Positions 50,105-59,958 are shown, counted from the stretch's first letter. The stretch is DNA of 64,000 nt from Candidatus Uhrbacteria bacterium GW2011_GWE2_46_68 (GCA_001002765.1 LCMS01000007.1:8170-72169); one strand, 5' to 3'. Notes: generated by a model not told the origin, from the sequence alone. Numbers and translations: made by a program.

Positions 50105-51236
50105 GAAAATGATCGTCTTCGCGTACGCTAATCTTTCTTTGCTTCATTTTCTTTGTCCGTGCATTTTTCTCAAAAAAATGTAACCCCCACGCTCCCAATA
50201 CTCCACCCCCCACCAAACAAGCAAGAATCCCCTGCACCAAAGGATTTTCTAACACCCAAAAAGGAATATCTAAAAACACCTGATCCTCGGATACAACTCC
50301 CTGATCATTGGTTATTTGTAAAGAAACTTCGTAAGATCCTGCTCTTGTAAAACTGTGTTCCAGGGAACGTTTCTGTGAAGTCACTCCATCCCCAAAATCC
50401 CAAGTCATCACCACACCTTCTTTCTCTGGGGTTAATGCTTCGAATTGAAAGGTCTTCCACGATTGACGTTTAAACGTAAAAAGAGCTTGAGGAGAAGATA
50501 AAAGTGGGGCTGCCGACTGCCAATCCTCATCACCATTCTCTGTCGGCAAAACAAAAACGACTTGTTCAAACGTTTCTTGCATGTTTTCAACTACCTGTTG
50601 CACCAAGGTTGAAGATGCCGCCTCTTTGGAAGAATCTTTTTCGATTGGTTCTTCTTCCTCTTTTTGTTCTTCAAAACGATCTGGATCATCGGGATATACA
50701 TCCTCTTCGTTCTCTACACGATCCCCATCGCGATCACTATCGCAGATATCTCCCTTTCCATCATGGTCTGCATCGTTTTGATTCGCATTCGAGCTCGTAG
50801 AGCAATTATCATCTTCATTTAAAATTCCGTCCCCGTCATCATCAAACACGGGCTCATACGTTCCGGTGAGAGCAAAATTATTTTCGGCATATATATCTTC
50901 CGGAACTGTTCCACGAATTTCCGCACGCAAGTTAAAAGAACTCGAGGGCACCACAAAATCCACATACACCTCTTCTGGCGCCCCATCATGCAAAACCGAA
51001 ATCATCTGTGAATCTCCCACAGGAATCGATCCTTGGAAAAAACTCACATATCCTGTGACATCCATGTCCCCCGCATTACGCACGGTCGCATAAATACGTA
51101 CCGTGGATCCGGCGACCAAATCATCAGAAAAACGAATTTCTGAAGCTTGAATGGAAAGATTGGCTGTCTGTGCGTATAAGACCAGAGGCCAAAACCCTAT
51201 ACTCACAACAAAAAGAAAAAGAGAAAAATAACGCAT
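50097..51236 (-). CDS. secreted/anchored surface protein with CARDB-like, thrombospondin type-3 Ca-binding repeats and a PKD domain
   Basis: Signal peptide from MRYFSLFLFVV; Asp-rich DDDGDG...DADHDGKGD...DSDRDGD repeats; PKD motif TWDFGDGVTSQ; C-terminal TM anchor plus basic tail. Confidence 0.7.
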   Translation of the reverse strand: MRYFSLFLFVVSIGFWPLVLYAQTANLSIQASEIRFSDDLVAGSTVRIYATVRNAGDMDVTGYVSFFQGSIPVGDSQMISVLHDGAPEEVYVDFVVPSSSFNLRAEIRGTVPEDIYAENNFALTGTYEPVFDDDGDGILNEDDNCSTSSNANQNDADHDGKGDICDSDRDGDRVENEEDVYPDDPDRFEEQKEEEEPIEKDSSKEAASSTLVQQVVENMQETFEQVVFVLPTENGDEDWQSAAPLLSSPQALFTFKRQSWKTFQFEALTPEKEGVVMTWDFGDGVTSQKRSLEHSFTRAGSYEVSLQITNDQGVVSEDQVFLDIPFWVLENPLVQGILACLVGGGVLGAWGLHFFEKNARTKKMKQRKISVREDDHFHV

Positions 51237-51240
51237 AAAA

Positions 51241-51804
51241 TCAAAGGGGTTGAAAAGTGTCGCTTGAGTGGAGACCGTACAAAATCGCTTCGTCAATCGT
51301 CAGGTGCAACACAGGATGAAAACTTGGGTGCACGCGTACGACGACATAAGGAATCACGCGTGAAGGAGAGGAGGTTGTGACAAGAGAAATCACGTCTGAA
51401 TGATGGAATCCAAATTGCTTTGCTCGTTTTTCGCTGAGATGAAGATGGCGAATGGGAAGAATGGCACACGCAAGTTTTTTGATGGAACCAGCCGCTCCCT
51501 CAAGTGCCACCACCCCTGCACGACCCATATCACCCGAAAGACGAGAAGGCGCCTTAATCCCCAAAGCCATCGCGTCTGTAGCTGTTAATTCCACTTGTGT
51601 TTTTTGACGTTCAGGCCCCAAGACAGGTACGAACAACTCTTTTCCCTTTCCTCCTTTTACCAAAACGCAATCGCCCGAAAAAAACTGACCTTGATGTTTT
51701 GTGGACGATTGTTTGGTCCAAGGAAAATCTCCAAATAACATCTGACGATCTTTGGAAGAAAGATGGATATGTCGATAAACGATTTCAAGAGGAATAGGTG
51801 TCAT
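51241..51804 (-). CDS. pduL: phosphate propanoyl/acetyl-transferase PduL
   Basis: Two PduL half-domains: RHIHLSSKDRQMLFG, VPVLGPER, RHLHLSEKRAKQFGFHHSDVI, VVVRVHPSFHPVLHLTIDEA; aligns with Salmonella PduL. Confidence 0.8.
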   Translation of the reverse strand: MTPIPLEIVYRHIHLSSKDRQMLFGDFPWTKQSSTKHQGQFFSGDCVLVKGGKGKELFVPVLGPERQKTQVELTATDAMALGIKAPSRLSGDMGRAGVVALEGAAGSIKKLACAILPIRHLHLSEKRAKQFGFHHSDVISLVTTSSPSRVIPYVVVRVHPSFHPVLHLTIDEAILYGLHSSDTFQPL

Positions 51805-51806
51805 AC

Positions 51807-52529
51807 TTAAACATCTTTTTTCTTTTTGTCGTACCCAAATGTGTAATGAAATTTGTTATGTCGAATCGGACCCAAAAACCAAAGATGCAGTTCTCCCAAC
51901 AGATACTTCCACACAATAGTCAAACGGCCGTCCCGATCAAGCCGACGCACGGAAACAGGAACCGCGTGATGTAAAAAACCGAATTTTCCCTGTTTACACG
52001 CACGCACGGCATAATCATGATCTTCACAAAAAATAATCTCTTCATCAAACCCACCGATTTTTTCATGTAAATCGCGGCGAGAAAAAATACAAAATCCGGG
52101 AGCGTGAGGATGCCATGACCCAAGCAGACGCGCATAGGCGTTGTATCCTTTATGAAGCCAGTGATCGAGGTGACGGTTGGAAATCGGGAGCACATCGCAG
52201 GTGCCTATATCCAACCTGCGTGTTTGCATCTCGGCAACGGCTTTTTCCAAAAAATAAGGATCGTGAAGCTCTACATCTGCATCCAAAAAAAGGATAAATT
52301 CCGTTTGCGCTTGCGCGGCCCCACGATTGCGTCCCACCGAAGGCAACCCACCATCTACAATATCCACGCCAAATTTTGCTGCGATCTCACGCGTTCTGTC
52401 TGTAGAATGCGCGTCAGAAACGATAATTTTTGAAGGCGTGAAGGTTTGTTTTTTCAACGAAGATAATAAACGAGGAAGATAGTGTTCCTCATTTTTTGTG
52501 ATAACGACAACGGTCAACATAGGTGTCAT
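51807..52529 (-). CDS. family 2 glycosyltransferase
   Basis: Start at MTPMLTVVVITKNEE; DAHSTD and LDADVEL motifs. Confidence 0.75.
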   Translation of the reverse strand: MTPMLTVVVITKNEEHYLPRLLSSLKKQTFTPSKIIVSDAHSTDRTREIAAKFGVDIVDGGLPSVGRNRGAAQAQTEFILFLDADVELHDPYFLEKAVAEMQTRRLDIGTCDVLPISNRHLDHWLHKGYNAYARLLGSWHPHAPGFCIFSRRDLHEKIGGFDEEIIFCEDHDYAVRACKQGKFGFLHHAVPVSVRRLDRDGRLTIVWKYLLGELHLWFLGPIRHNKFHYTFGYDKKKKDV

Positions 52530-52533
52530 TATT

Positions 52534-52986
52534 TTACCGCATTTGTGTTCCAAACCAAAACAAAGCAATCCCCGCTGCAACAGATACGTTAAGTGAGCGC
52601 TTCACCCCTGGCATGGGGATCTCGGCTATCGCATCACAGGCAGTACAAAATTCCGATGATAAGCCCTCCACTTCGTTTCCTACAAGGAGAACAATCTTCC
52701 CATTTTTCCTCTTTACCTCTAAAAGTGATTTTGCTTCTTTGTTTGTTTCCAACGCACAGATAAACCATCCTTGCATCTGCAATTCTCGAATGAGCTCCAA
52801 TGTATTTTCTCGCTGTTCCCATGGCACGCGATGTTCAGACCCCAATGCCACCTTAGCGATTTCTTTTCGTGGTGGCGTTCCCGTGATTCCGGTCAAATAT
52901 ATTTTTTCCACTCCAAACGTGTCGGAAGATCGAAATAAAGATCCGACATTATGCAGAGAGCGGATATCATGAGCGATAAGACGCAT
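52534..52986 (-). CDS. SpoU/TrmH-class RNA 2'-O-methyltransferase
   Basis: SPOUT motifs HNVGSLFRSSDTFG, LLVGNEVEGLS, IPMPGVKRSLNVSVAAGIALF; start taken at MRLIAHDIRS (upstream in-frame extension to 53115 possible). Confidence 0.7.
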   Translation of the reverse strand: MRLIAHDIRSLHNVGSLFRSSDTFGVEKIYLTGITGTPPRKEIAKVALGSEHRVPWEQRENTLELIRELQMQGWFICALETNKEAKSLLEVKRKNGKIVLLVGNEVEGLSSEFCTACDAIAEIPMPGVKRSLNVSVAAGIALFWFGTQMR

Positions 52987-53022
52987 ACGCTTGCGCAAAG
53001 GTATTATGACTGCCAGAATACC

Positions 53023-54168
53023 ATGCAGCAAACCTTTATGTCTTCTTGCCCACAAAAAGATCGATGTGGATCTTGCGGATGGTCGCATATCCCCTATCAA
53101 AAACAACTTGCGCAAAAACTCGCTGACATCAACGGATCGTTGGCACTCAAAAAACTTTCTTTACGTTGCAAAGAGATTCTTCCCTCTCCTCGTATTGAGC
53201 ATTACCGCAACCGCATGGACTTTGTGATTGATTTTGAAGGACGCATGGGACTGCGGGAAAAAGGAAAATGGTGGAAAGTAATTGATGGGCATCCTTGTTT
53301 TTTGGCAGATGAAAAAATCGAATCACTTTTCCATTCTATTCATGCCTGGCTTCCAACAAGCGGTCTCACTTATTTTGATCGCAAAGCCGCGACCGGTCTT
53401 TTGCGTTATGCCGTTATCCGCGCTCTGCAAACGGGAGAAACCATGGTGGACATGATTACAAGTGCCCCCGTGGATTCTTTCGAGGAGGAACGGACACATG
53501 CCGCTTTTTTCTCTCTTGCCCAACATCTTTCTCCCACCTCATTTTTTTGGTCCATCAATTCCACGATCTCGGATGTTTCTTTCGGAGACAAACACGAGCT
53601 CATTTCCGGACGTCCAGACATCGAAGAAGTTGTGGATCATGTTCGTTATCAAATCGGCCCTCACACGTTTTTTCAAACCAACTCGCACGCATCTCCTCTA
53701 CTCCTTCAAACCGTGAAAGAATTTGCCGGACCAGTCAAAAATAAAACGGTTTTAGATCTTTACTGCGGCACAGGATTTTTTGCCCTGGCATTTGCCAAAG
53801 ATGCCAAGCGAACCATTGGAGTGGAACTGGCGCCCGAGGCGATTGTCGAAGCGAAAGAAAACGCGCGTATCAACGAACTTTCAGCCGAGTTTTTTGATGC
53901 TAAAACCGAATCCTTTCCTTGGCAGGATTTCCACCCCGATGTTGTTATCTTAGATCCGCCACGTGCGGGGATGCATGACCGAGCGCTGAAAGATATTTTA
54001 GAAGCCAAGCCACCACGCATTGTGTACGTTTCCTGCAACTATAAAAACTTTGCTCGCGAAATGGTCATCCTACAAAATCTGTATCGCATGGAAAACATCC
54101 GTGCCATGGACATGTTTCCCCACACCCCGCATGTGGAATTAGTCGCGGCTCTCACTCTGTCCGATTGA
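53023..54168 (+). CDS. 23S rRNA (uracil-C5)-methyltransferase RlmD/RumA family
   Basis: N-terminal Cys cluster (CPQKDRCGSCGW), SAM-MTase motifs LDLYCGTGFFALAFA, ILDPPRAG, YVSCN; exact start uncertain (52969/53023/53038). Confidence 0.75.
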   Translation: MQQTFMSSCPQKDRCGSCGWSHIPYQKQLAQKLADINGSLALKKLSLRCKEILPSPRIEHYRNRMDFVIDFEGRMGLREKGKWWKVIDGHPCFLADEKIESLFHSIHAWLPTSGLTYFDRKAATGLLRYAVIRALQTGETMVDMITSAPVDSFEEERTHAAFFSLAQHLSPTSFFWSINSTISDVSFGDKHELISGRPDIEEVVDHVRYQIGPHTFFQTNSHASPLLLQTVKEFAGPVKNKTVLDLYCGTGFFALAFAKDAKRTIGVELAPEAIVEAKENARINELSAEFFDAKTESFPWQDFHPDVVILDPPRAGMHDRALKDILEAKPPRIVYVSCNYKNFAREMVILQNLYRMENIRAMDMFPHTPHVELVAALTLSD

Positions 54169-54203
54169 CGTAACGTCTTTTTCGTGATTGTATAGCCTTT
54201 CGT

Positions 54204-55073
54204 ATGAAGAAAATAATTGGTCCAAAAAAATCCGGATTCGTCGTGATGGTTGGACGATCTAATGTCGGCAAGTCCACCTTGCTCAATGCTCTTGTGGGTT
54301 CCAAGATCGCCATTACCTCTCCCAAAGCGCAAACAACCCGCGTTCCCATTCATGGAATTGTTTCGAGAGAAGAAGGCCAAATCGTTTTTGTGGATACGCC
54401 TGGCGTCTTTACACACATGCACGATTCGCTCAGTAAGCGCCTCACACATTCTGTCTCCGAGTCGCTGCAAGATATCGACATGGTTCTCTATGTTGTGGAT
54501 CCCACACGAGAAATCGGAGATGAAGAAAAAGCCGTCTTACGCCTGTTGGATCATGTCACCTGCCCAAAGATTCTTGTCGTCAACAAAATCGATATTTATC
54601 GCAAACCTTTTTACGATTTTTTCATGGACCTGAAGGATAAGTTTACGGATGTGATCGAAATATCAGCTAAACAAGGAACCCATATTCAAAGCTTAATCGA
54701 GATGATCTATACCTATCTTCCCGAATCTGAAGAACTGTTTTACCCCGAAGGTCAGCTGACCAATATTTCAAACGAACGATGGTTGGCAGAACTCATTCGG
54801 GAAAAATTATTCTTGCGTCTGCGGCAAGAGGTTCCCTACTCCGTACATGTGGAGGTGGAGACTGTGGAAGAACGCGAAAAAGTTCTCTATATCAAAGCGA
54901 CTATTTACACGACGGATGATCGCTATCAAGGCATGATTATCGGCAAAGGCGGACGAGGCATTCGAGAAATCGGTCAATCTACGCGTAAGGAACTCGAAGC
55001 TGTTATGGATCGTCAAATTTATTTGGACTTGAATGTGGAAGTCAATCCTCATTGGGCAGAACAATATTTATAA
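54204..55073 (+). CDS. era: GTPase Era
   Basis: G1 GRSNVGKSTLLNAL, G3 DTPG, G4 NKID, C-terminal KH domain. Confidence 0.93.
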   Translation: MKKIIGPKKSGFVVMVGRSNVGKSTLLNALVGSKIAITSPKAQTTRVPIHGIVSREEGQIVFVDTPGVFTHMHDSLSKRLTHSVSESLQDIDMVLYVVDPTREIGDEEKAVLRLLDHVTCPKILVVNKIDIYRKPFYDFFMDLKDKFTDVIEISAKQGTHIQSLIEMIYTYLPESEELFYPEGQLTNISNERWLAELIREKLFLRLRQEVPYSVHVEVETVEEREKVLYIKATIYTTDDRYQGMIIGKGGRGIREIGQSTRKELEAVMDRQIYLDLNVEVNPHWAEQYL

Positions 55074-55078
55074 AAAAC

Positions 55079-55112
55079 TCACCGGCCGAAAGGTCGGTGA
55101 TTTGTTTTTCTG
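55079..55112 (+). terminator. Rho-independent terminator after era
   Basis: tcaccggcc-gaaa-ggtcggtga hairpin followed by TTTGTTTTTC. Confidence 0.7.
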
Positions 55113-55127
55113 CTATGATAAACTCCT

Positions 55128-55751
55128 ATGCATCTTAAGACGACTATTTTTATTCTTTTCTTCAGCCTCCTTCTTGTCACTCTCCTGATTGGCCATAGGT
55201 TTGGTGCAACCTGGGCCGGAGGAGAAGGAGTCACCGAAAATCTCGATGTCATGATTACCGAAATGCAAGGGTCTTTGGAAATGATGCATCATGACGATAC
55301 AAGAGTTGTAATGGCAGATGACATTCTGATGCGTGGTGAAGTAATCCAAACGGGCGATGATGGATATATCCGATTCGTGATCGGCGAAAATGTTCTCGTG
55401 GGGATGGCGGAACGGACAACATTGACTCTCGAAAGCATAACGTCAAACAACCTCCGTATCCTTGTCACGCGCGGACGGATCGTTGTGGAACAAACCGGAT
55501 CCGAGCCTCTCCATATTCAAACAAACTTTACTGATACAACTCTTGAAAACGGAGCCATTACTCTTGTGAATTATGACTTTTTGGAAACCGTGATGATCGC
55601 TCCCTATCCTGTAGCAAAGGCTTCTGTGAAAACTTCTTTGGGCTCTATACCTCTCTCTTCTGCTCTGAGTATTCATGAAACTCCTGAAGTAAAAATCGAG
55701 GGAACCTCCCCTACCCTGACCTTGCCTTTTTACGAGTGGTATCAACGATAA
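55128..55751 (+). CDS. secreted hypothetical protein (FecR-like beta-rich domain?)
   Basis: Signal peptide/TM (MHLKTTIFILFFSLLLVTLLIG); 207 aa. Confidence 0.5.
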   Translation: MHLKTTIFILFFSLLLVTLLIGHRFGATWAGGEGVTENLDVMITEMQGSLEMMHHDDTRVVMADDILMRGEVIQTGDDGYIRFVIGENVLVGMAERTTLTLESITSNNLRILVTRGRIVVEQTGSEPLHIQTNFTDTTLENGAITLVNYDFLETVMIAPYPVAKASVKTSLGSIPLSSALSIHETPEVKIEGTSPTLTLPFYEWYQR

Positions 55752-55839
55752 AAATCTCCAAAACATCGTCGGCGATTGACCGGCCATTCTTGTTTTGCTA
55801 CGGTTGTTGTCCTCGTTCTTTTCATACCATGGAGGCGAC

Positions 55840-56802
55840 ATGTCTACTTCTTCTCGCAAAAGGTTGGTCTATCGTTGTGATGACGCAAGCCGGTTACAAA
55901 GTCGTATTTTACGCGCCGTGAAAGAATACCCGCTCCAAGGCCCGATCATTCTGACCCATGACGGCTCAATCACAAATTTCCTTTGGCGCTTGTACCTTAC
56001 GGAACACTTCTTGTGTGACTTTGATGAAACCGCTTGTGCAGATAATGAATGGGCTGTCCTTGACGACCTTATGGCAGAGCGTGCAAAGCAAGACCCTTTC
56101 CTTGCTCGTCAGTTGCATCATTTGCGACGAGTAATCGCTCCACACAACCTTGGCAATCTGCATGGTGGACATTCTTGGAGAAAATGGTTCAGTTTTGAGC
56201 GCGTAATTATCGACACCCCTCTATTGGCCGCCACCATGGCTGCTGAACAATCCATGTGGGGTACGGTCAATGTAGAGCGTTCTGTGATTGGAATGACGCG
56301 TACGGATATTCGCGCGCTTGCGCAACACCTGCATCTGCGTCCGGGAATTGTCGAGCTCTTTGGCATGATCGATGATGCAAGAATTGTAAGCGGTGGCATT
56401 CATGACATCATCGCGGAAACATTTGCACGACATGGGTTCATTCTTTCGGATCATCACATCCGGGCCATTCGTCTGGATTATGATGAAGAAGAGCGCGCTC
56501 TTGGAATCAAACCCAAGGATGTGATGGTTGTGGGAAGACGCAAGGAAGAAACACTTGCAGAATTGAACCATGGGATGTTGACCCTTGGGGATAGCATCTG
56601 GGATATGCATCTATGGTCTTTGCGCGGGATCAATGGCATTATCGTTGACCCCCGATGGCCTGAAGATAAAATCAAAGGAAAGATGCCCAAGGATGCACTA
56701 AAGGCTGCCTGGGCCCACGAGTATTTGGACTTCATCTTGATTGGGGAAGATGTGCTTCCGCTTGCCGATAGTGTGAGACGGGCGCAAAAAAGACACTGGT
56801 AA
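55840..56802 (+). CDS. hypothetical protein
   Basis: Start at MSTSSRKR (ORF opens at 55795); 320 aa; no recognised motifs. Confidence 0.5.
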   Translation: MSTSSRKRLVYRCDDASRLQSRILRAVKEYPLQGPIILTHDGSITNFLWRLYLTEHFLCDFDETACADNEWAVLDDLMAERAKQDPFLARQLHHLRRVIAPHNLGNLHGGHSWRKWFSFERVIIDTPLLAATMAAEQSMWGTVNVERSVIGMTRTDIRALAQHLHLRPGIVELFGMIDDARIVSGGIHDIIAETFARHGFILSDHHIRAIRLDYDEEERALGIKPKDVMVVGRRKEETLAELNHGMLTLGDSIWDMHLWSLRGINGIIVDPRWPEDKIKGKMPKDALKAAWAHEYLDFILIGEDVLPLADSVRRAQKRHW

Positions 56803-56806
56803 CGCA

Positions 56807-56842
56807 AAACCGCGAGGATGATCCCGCGGTTTTTTTGTTTAC
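56807..56842 (+). terminator. Rho-independent terminator
   Basis: aaaccgcg-aggatgatcc-cgcggttt hairpin followed by TTTTTTGTTT. Confidence 0.7.
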
Positions 56843-56869
56843 CAAAAAAAGAGGAGAGAACCCCACCTC

Positions 56870-57943
56870 CTACTCCAAAATCACTCCTCCTCCGATCATC
56901 TCTTCTCCATCATAAAATACAATGGACTGGCCCGGGGTCACGGCACGTTGATCTTTTTTGAACACAACAAACACGTTATCCTCTTCGATTTTTTCTATCA
57001 CACACGCCTCTGGCGCTTGACGATAACGCACACGAGCCACACAAGCATGAGGAAAAATACTCGGACGATGAAACCAATTTAATTGATCCGCCACAAGATT
57101 TTTATGATAAAGCGTTGGATGAAATTGGCTCGACACCACTAAACGCTTTGTCACTTGATCTTTTGCTATCACGTAATATGGACCGCCAGGAGCGTTCAAT
57201 CCCTTACGTTGTCCGATGGTAAAAAACGCCACACCTGGATGAGTACCCACTACCTTCCCTTCGGTTGTTATAATCTCTCCCGGATCCTCGGGAATCCGCT
57301 CCCGCAGAAAACTCATAAAATCCACTTCTCCCACAAAACAAATCCCCACACTGTCTTTTTTATCATGAACCGGAAGTCCTAGAGCTTTGGCTTTTTTTCG
57401 TACCTGTGGCTTCTTCATCCCGCCCACAGGAAACAAGACACGATCAAGCGAAGAAGGAGGGATGGCCCAAAGAAAATAACTTTGATCTTTATGTTCATCC
57501 TTGCCGACCAAAATCCTTGTGCGATTATTTTGGTAATCCACACGCGCATAATGTCCGGTCGCAATAAAATCGCACCCGAGTTTATCCGCCTCTTTCAAAA
57601 ACAAATCAAACTTTACGATCTTATTGCACAAAATGTCCGGATTGGGTGTTCTCCCTTTCTGAAACTCGGCAAACATCGTATCAATGACTTGCGTGCGATA
57701 GGCTTCTTCAAAATCAAACGTGACAAACGGAATCCCAAGGTGCGCGGCCACACGCATCGCATCCCGACGTTCTGTACGCCATCCGCACTCTTGTTCTTCT
57801 CCATGACACTTCGTGGTCGCTGACCAATTTTTCATAAACGCTCCGATCACCTCATACCCTTGTTCCAACAACAATGCCGCAGAGACCGCCGAATCCACAC
57901 CACCGGAAAGACCAACTAAAACTTTTTTCTTTTGCTGCGACAC
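56870..57943 (-). CDS. mnmA: tRNA 2-thiouridine(34) synthase MnmA
   Basis: PP-loop SGGVDSAV; catalytic Cys residues; 357 aa. Confidence 0.93.
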   Translation of the reverse strand: MSQQKKKVLVGLSGGVDSAVSAALLLEQGYEVIGAFMKNWSATTKCHGEEQECGWRTERRDAMRVAAHLGIPFVTFDFEEAYRTQVIDTMFAEFQKGRTPNPDILCNKIVKFDLFLKEADKLGCDFIATGHYARVDYQNNRTRILVGKDEHKDQSYFLWAIPPSSLDRVLFPVGGMKKPQVRKKAKALGLPVHDKKDSVGICFVGEVDFMSFLRERIPEDPGEIITTEGKVVGTHPGVAFFTIGQRKGLNAPGGPYYVIAKDQVTKRLVVSSQFHPTLYHKNLVADQLNWFHRPSIFPHACVARVRYRQAPEACVIEKIEEDNVFVVFKKDQRAVTPGQSIVFYDGEEMIGGGVILE

Positions 57944-57946
57944 AAA

Positions 57947-59308
57947 TTATTTTTCTTGCTTTATGATTTCCTCAAACCGCTCCACATCTTCTCGATGCAC
58001 ATAAAAATCCGCGAACGCAAGCATCTCGTTATATTTTTGCAGCAAATCGGAGTAAGTAAATACGGAAACATATTCCTTTCCTCCCAAGACTTTCTTTTCC
58101 ACGTAAATATCCGAGGAAGGACTGGTTTGTTTTGATAAGGCGAGTGTGTGCGTATAGGTGAAGGAATGAATGTGGTGGGTCTGACACAGGGTCTGAAGTT
58201 TCACCAAAGTTTTCCGATCCTCTGCCTTTCGATCATAGAGTCGCAACACACGACGCGCCGGCAGACGACGCATCAAATGATACGCATAATAATTTTTTGG
58301 ATCTTTGGCTGCGACAAATAATTTTTCCAAAATCTGGCCGTCGCGCATATCAGCATACTCATAAGGATCTGTGGGGATCGTCATCTCAATTTCTTTTTGC
58401 TCGATCGCCTGTTCGAGATAGTGAGCGAATCCCGCCTTGGTTTTGTGATAATACACTTGATCAATCATGTGATAACGAGCGAGAAGCAAATCTTCAAGCG
58501 CGCGCACGCCGTTTTCTGTCACCGTCCGAATCAAACCCCCATCCTTTTGTGCTAATCCCAAGCTTGAAATCATCCAATCCATATCATACTGACCATAGGC
58601 GACCCCGCAGTAATAACTGTCGCGCAACAAATAATCCATACGATCGCAATCAATGACTCCGGAGATCAAGGTTTTCATAACCGCTTGAATCGTGGGAATA
58701 CGTTCCTCCAGTTCTGTAAAAAATGGACCTGGAATAATATCTCCATGAATCAAAGAAGCGACGTCTTGCGCAAATCCAGCTTCCAAGACCCCCTCTTTTG
58801 CCAAGGTCTCAATAAAAAGCACAGAATAATCTTCATGCTCGGATTGACGCTCGTCGGTTTTTTTCCACCAAGATAGTTCCAAAGGAAGATCACGAAGACG
58901 AGGAAATAATTTTTCCGAGGAATGGGAAAAAGGACCGTGGCCAATATCATGAAGCAACCCGGCGATTTTTACACGATCAATCAAGGATTGCTGTTCTTCT
59001 TTAGACAGTGTCATGCGTAAAAGTTCAGAACTGGAAAGACAGCGTCCAATCAATCGGCCGGCCACATGCATGGATCCAATACAATGCATAAACCGATCAT
59101 GATTGGCACCTGGATACACATACGTTTGCAGAAAAGAAAGCTGGCTCACATAGCGAAGACGTTGAAAAAACGGATGATCAATAAGACGACGCTCCTGCTC
59201 GGTAAACTTGATGCGTTTATGAATAGGGTCACGCAATTCGTAGGTTTGCATATGACAAAAGTCTAGCAGACAGATGAGAGATGTCCAATAAAGAGGTGTC
59301 TTGTACAT
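57947..59308 (-). CDS. HD-domain dNTP triphosphohydrolase-like protein (dGTPase family)
   Basis: HD motif LLHDIGHGPFSH; 453 aa architecture of Dgt-like enzymes. Confidence 0.8.
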   Translation of the reverse strand: MYKTPLYWTSLICLLDFCHMQTYELRDPIHKRIKFTEQERRLIDHPFFQRLRYVSQLSFLQTYVYPGANHDRFMHCIGSMHVAGRLIGRCLSSSELLRMTLSKEEQQSLIDRVKIAGLLHDIGHGPFSHSSEKLFPRLRDLPLELSWWKKTDERQSEHEDYSVLFIETLAKEGVLEAGFAQDVASLIHGDIIPGPFFTELEERIPTIQAVMKTLISGVIDCDRMDYLLRDSYYCGVAYGQYDMDWMISSLGLAQKDGGLIRTVTENGVRALEDLLLARYHMIDQVYYHKTKAGFAHYLEQAIEQKEIEMTIPTDPYEYADMRDGQILEKLFVAAKDPKNYYAYHLMRRLPARRVLRLYDRKAEDRKTLVKLQTLCQTHHIHSFTYTHTLALSKQTSPSSDIYVEKKVLGGKEYVSVFTYSDLLQKYNEMLAFADFYVHREDVERFEEIIKQEK

Positions 59309-59379
59309 TTTGACTCCTCGTTCTTTTTATGACTACAATAACGCGCGTTCTTTTTCCCTTTTCACGGAGTGCTACAAAT

Positions 59380-59661
59380 ATGCGCAATCGTAACTCGACC
59401 TACGAAGACATCGCACATTTTCTTGAAAGCAGGAAACAACATCTAGAACTGTTGTTCTGCACTCTGATTACCACACCACTCTTTTCTTGCGCTCTTTACG
59501 AATCTGGAAATCGGATTCTTTTTCTTTGCGTGACCACCATTGGGATTGTCTTTTGCGTCATCTATGTGCTCTTCATCTGCTGGCATACATGGAATCTCTG
59601 GTACCTACGTCATCCCTGTCCTGATGAAGACACCCAAGAACAAATTTCCACGCGCTCCTAA
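59380..59661 (+). CDS. small membrane protein, hypothetical
   Basis: Two hydrophobic helices; followed directly by a strong plus-strand terminator; no RBS support. Confidence 0.35.
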   Translation: MRNRNSTYEDIAHFLESRKQHLELLFCTLITTPLFSCALYESGNRILFLCVTTIGIVFCVIYVLFICWHTWNLWYLRHPCPDEDTQEQISTRS

Positions 59662-59683
59662 GCGCCCCAGACGCCGCACCACA

Positions 59684-59720
59684 AAACCGCCCACGAGGGG
59701 CGGTTTTTCTTTTATTTTTT
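59684..59720 (+). terminator. Rho-independent terminator
   Basis: aaaccgccc-acgag-gggcggttt hairpin followed by TTTCTTTTATTTTTT. Confidence 0.7.
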
Positions 59721-59738
59721 CCAAAACGGGGTCAGAAC

Positions 59739-59948
59739 GGGGTCAGGTCGTGAATCGTAGCGTCTTTAATAAAGCTTAATATTGTCAAAGCACTGTTTCT
59801 TAAATAAATACATTGTACAAATGAAAGAATCTAAAAAATCTCAACAAAATTTTATTATTTGAACAAAGACATTAAGATAAAATTTCAACGTTTTATAGCC
59901 CTAAAGCTAATAAAGTTAACTTAACGCTACGATTCACGACCTGACCCC
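59739..59948. repeat. noncoding element bounded by perfect 25-bp inverted repeats, sharing its outer 11 bp with the 3504-4010 element
   Basis: ggggtcaggtcgtgaatcgtagcgt (59739-59763) is the exact reverse complement of acgctacgattcacgacctgacccc (59924-59948). Interior 160 bp is very AT-rich. Outer termini GGGGTCAGGTC...GACCTGACCCC are identical to those of the first element. Confidence 0.6.
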
Positions 59949-59958
59949 CCTAACCCCC

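Noticed and set aside
52523-52972. 149-aa plus-strand ORF
   Set aside because: Antisense to the SpoU-type methyltransferase. No motifs.
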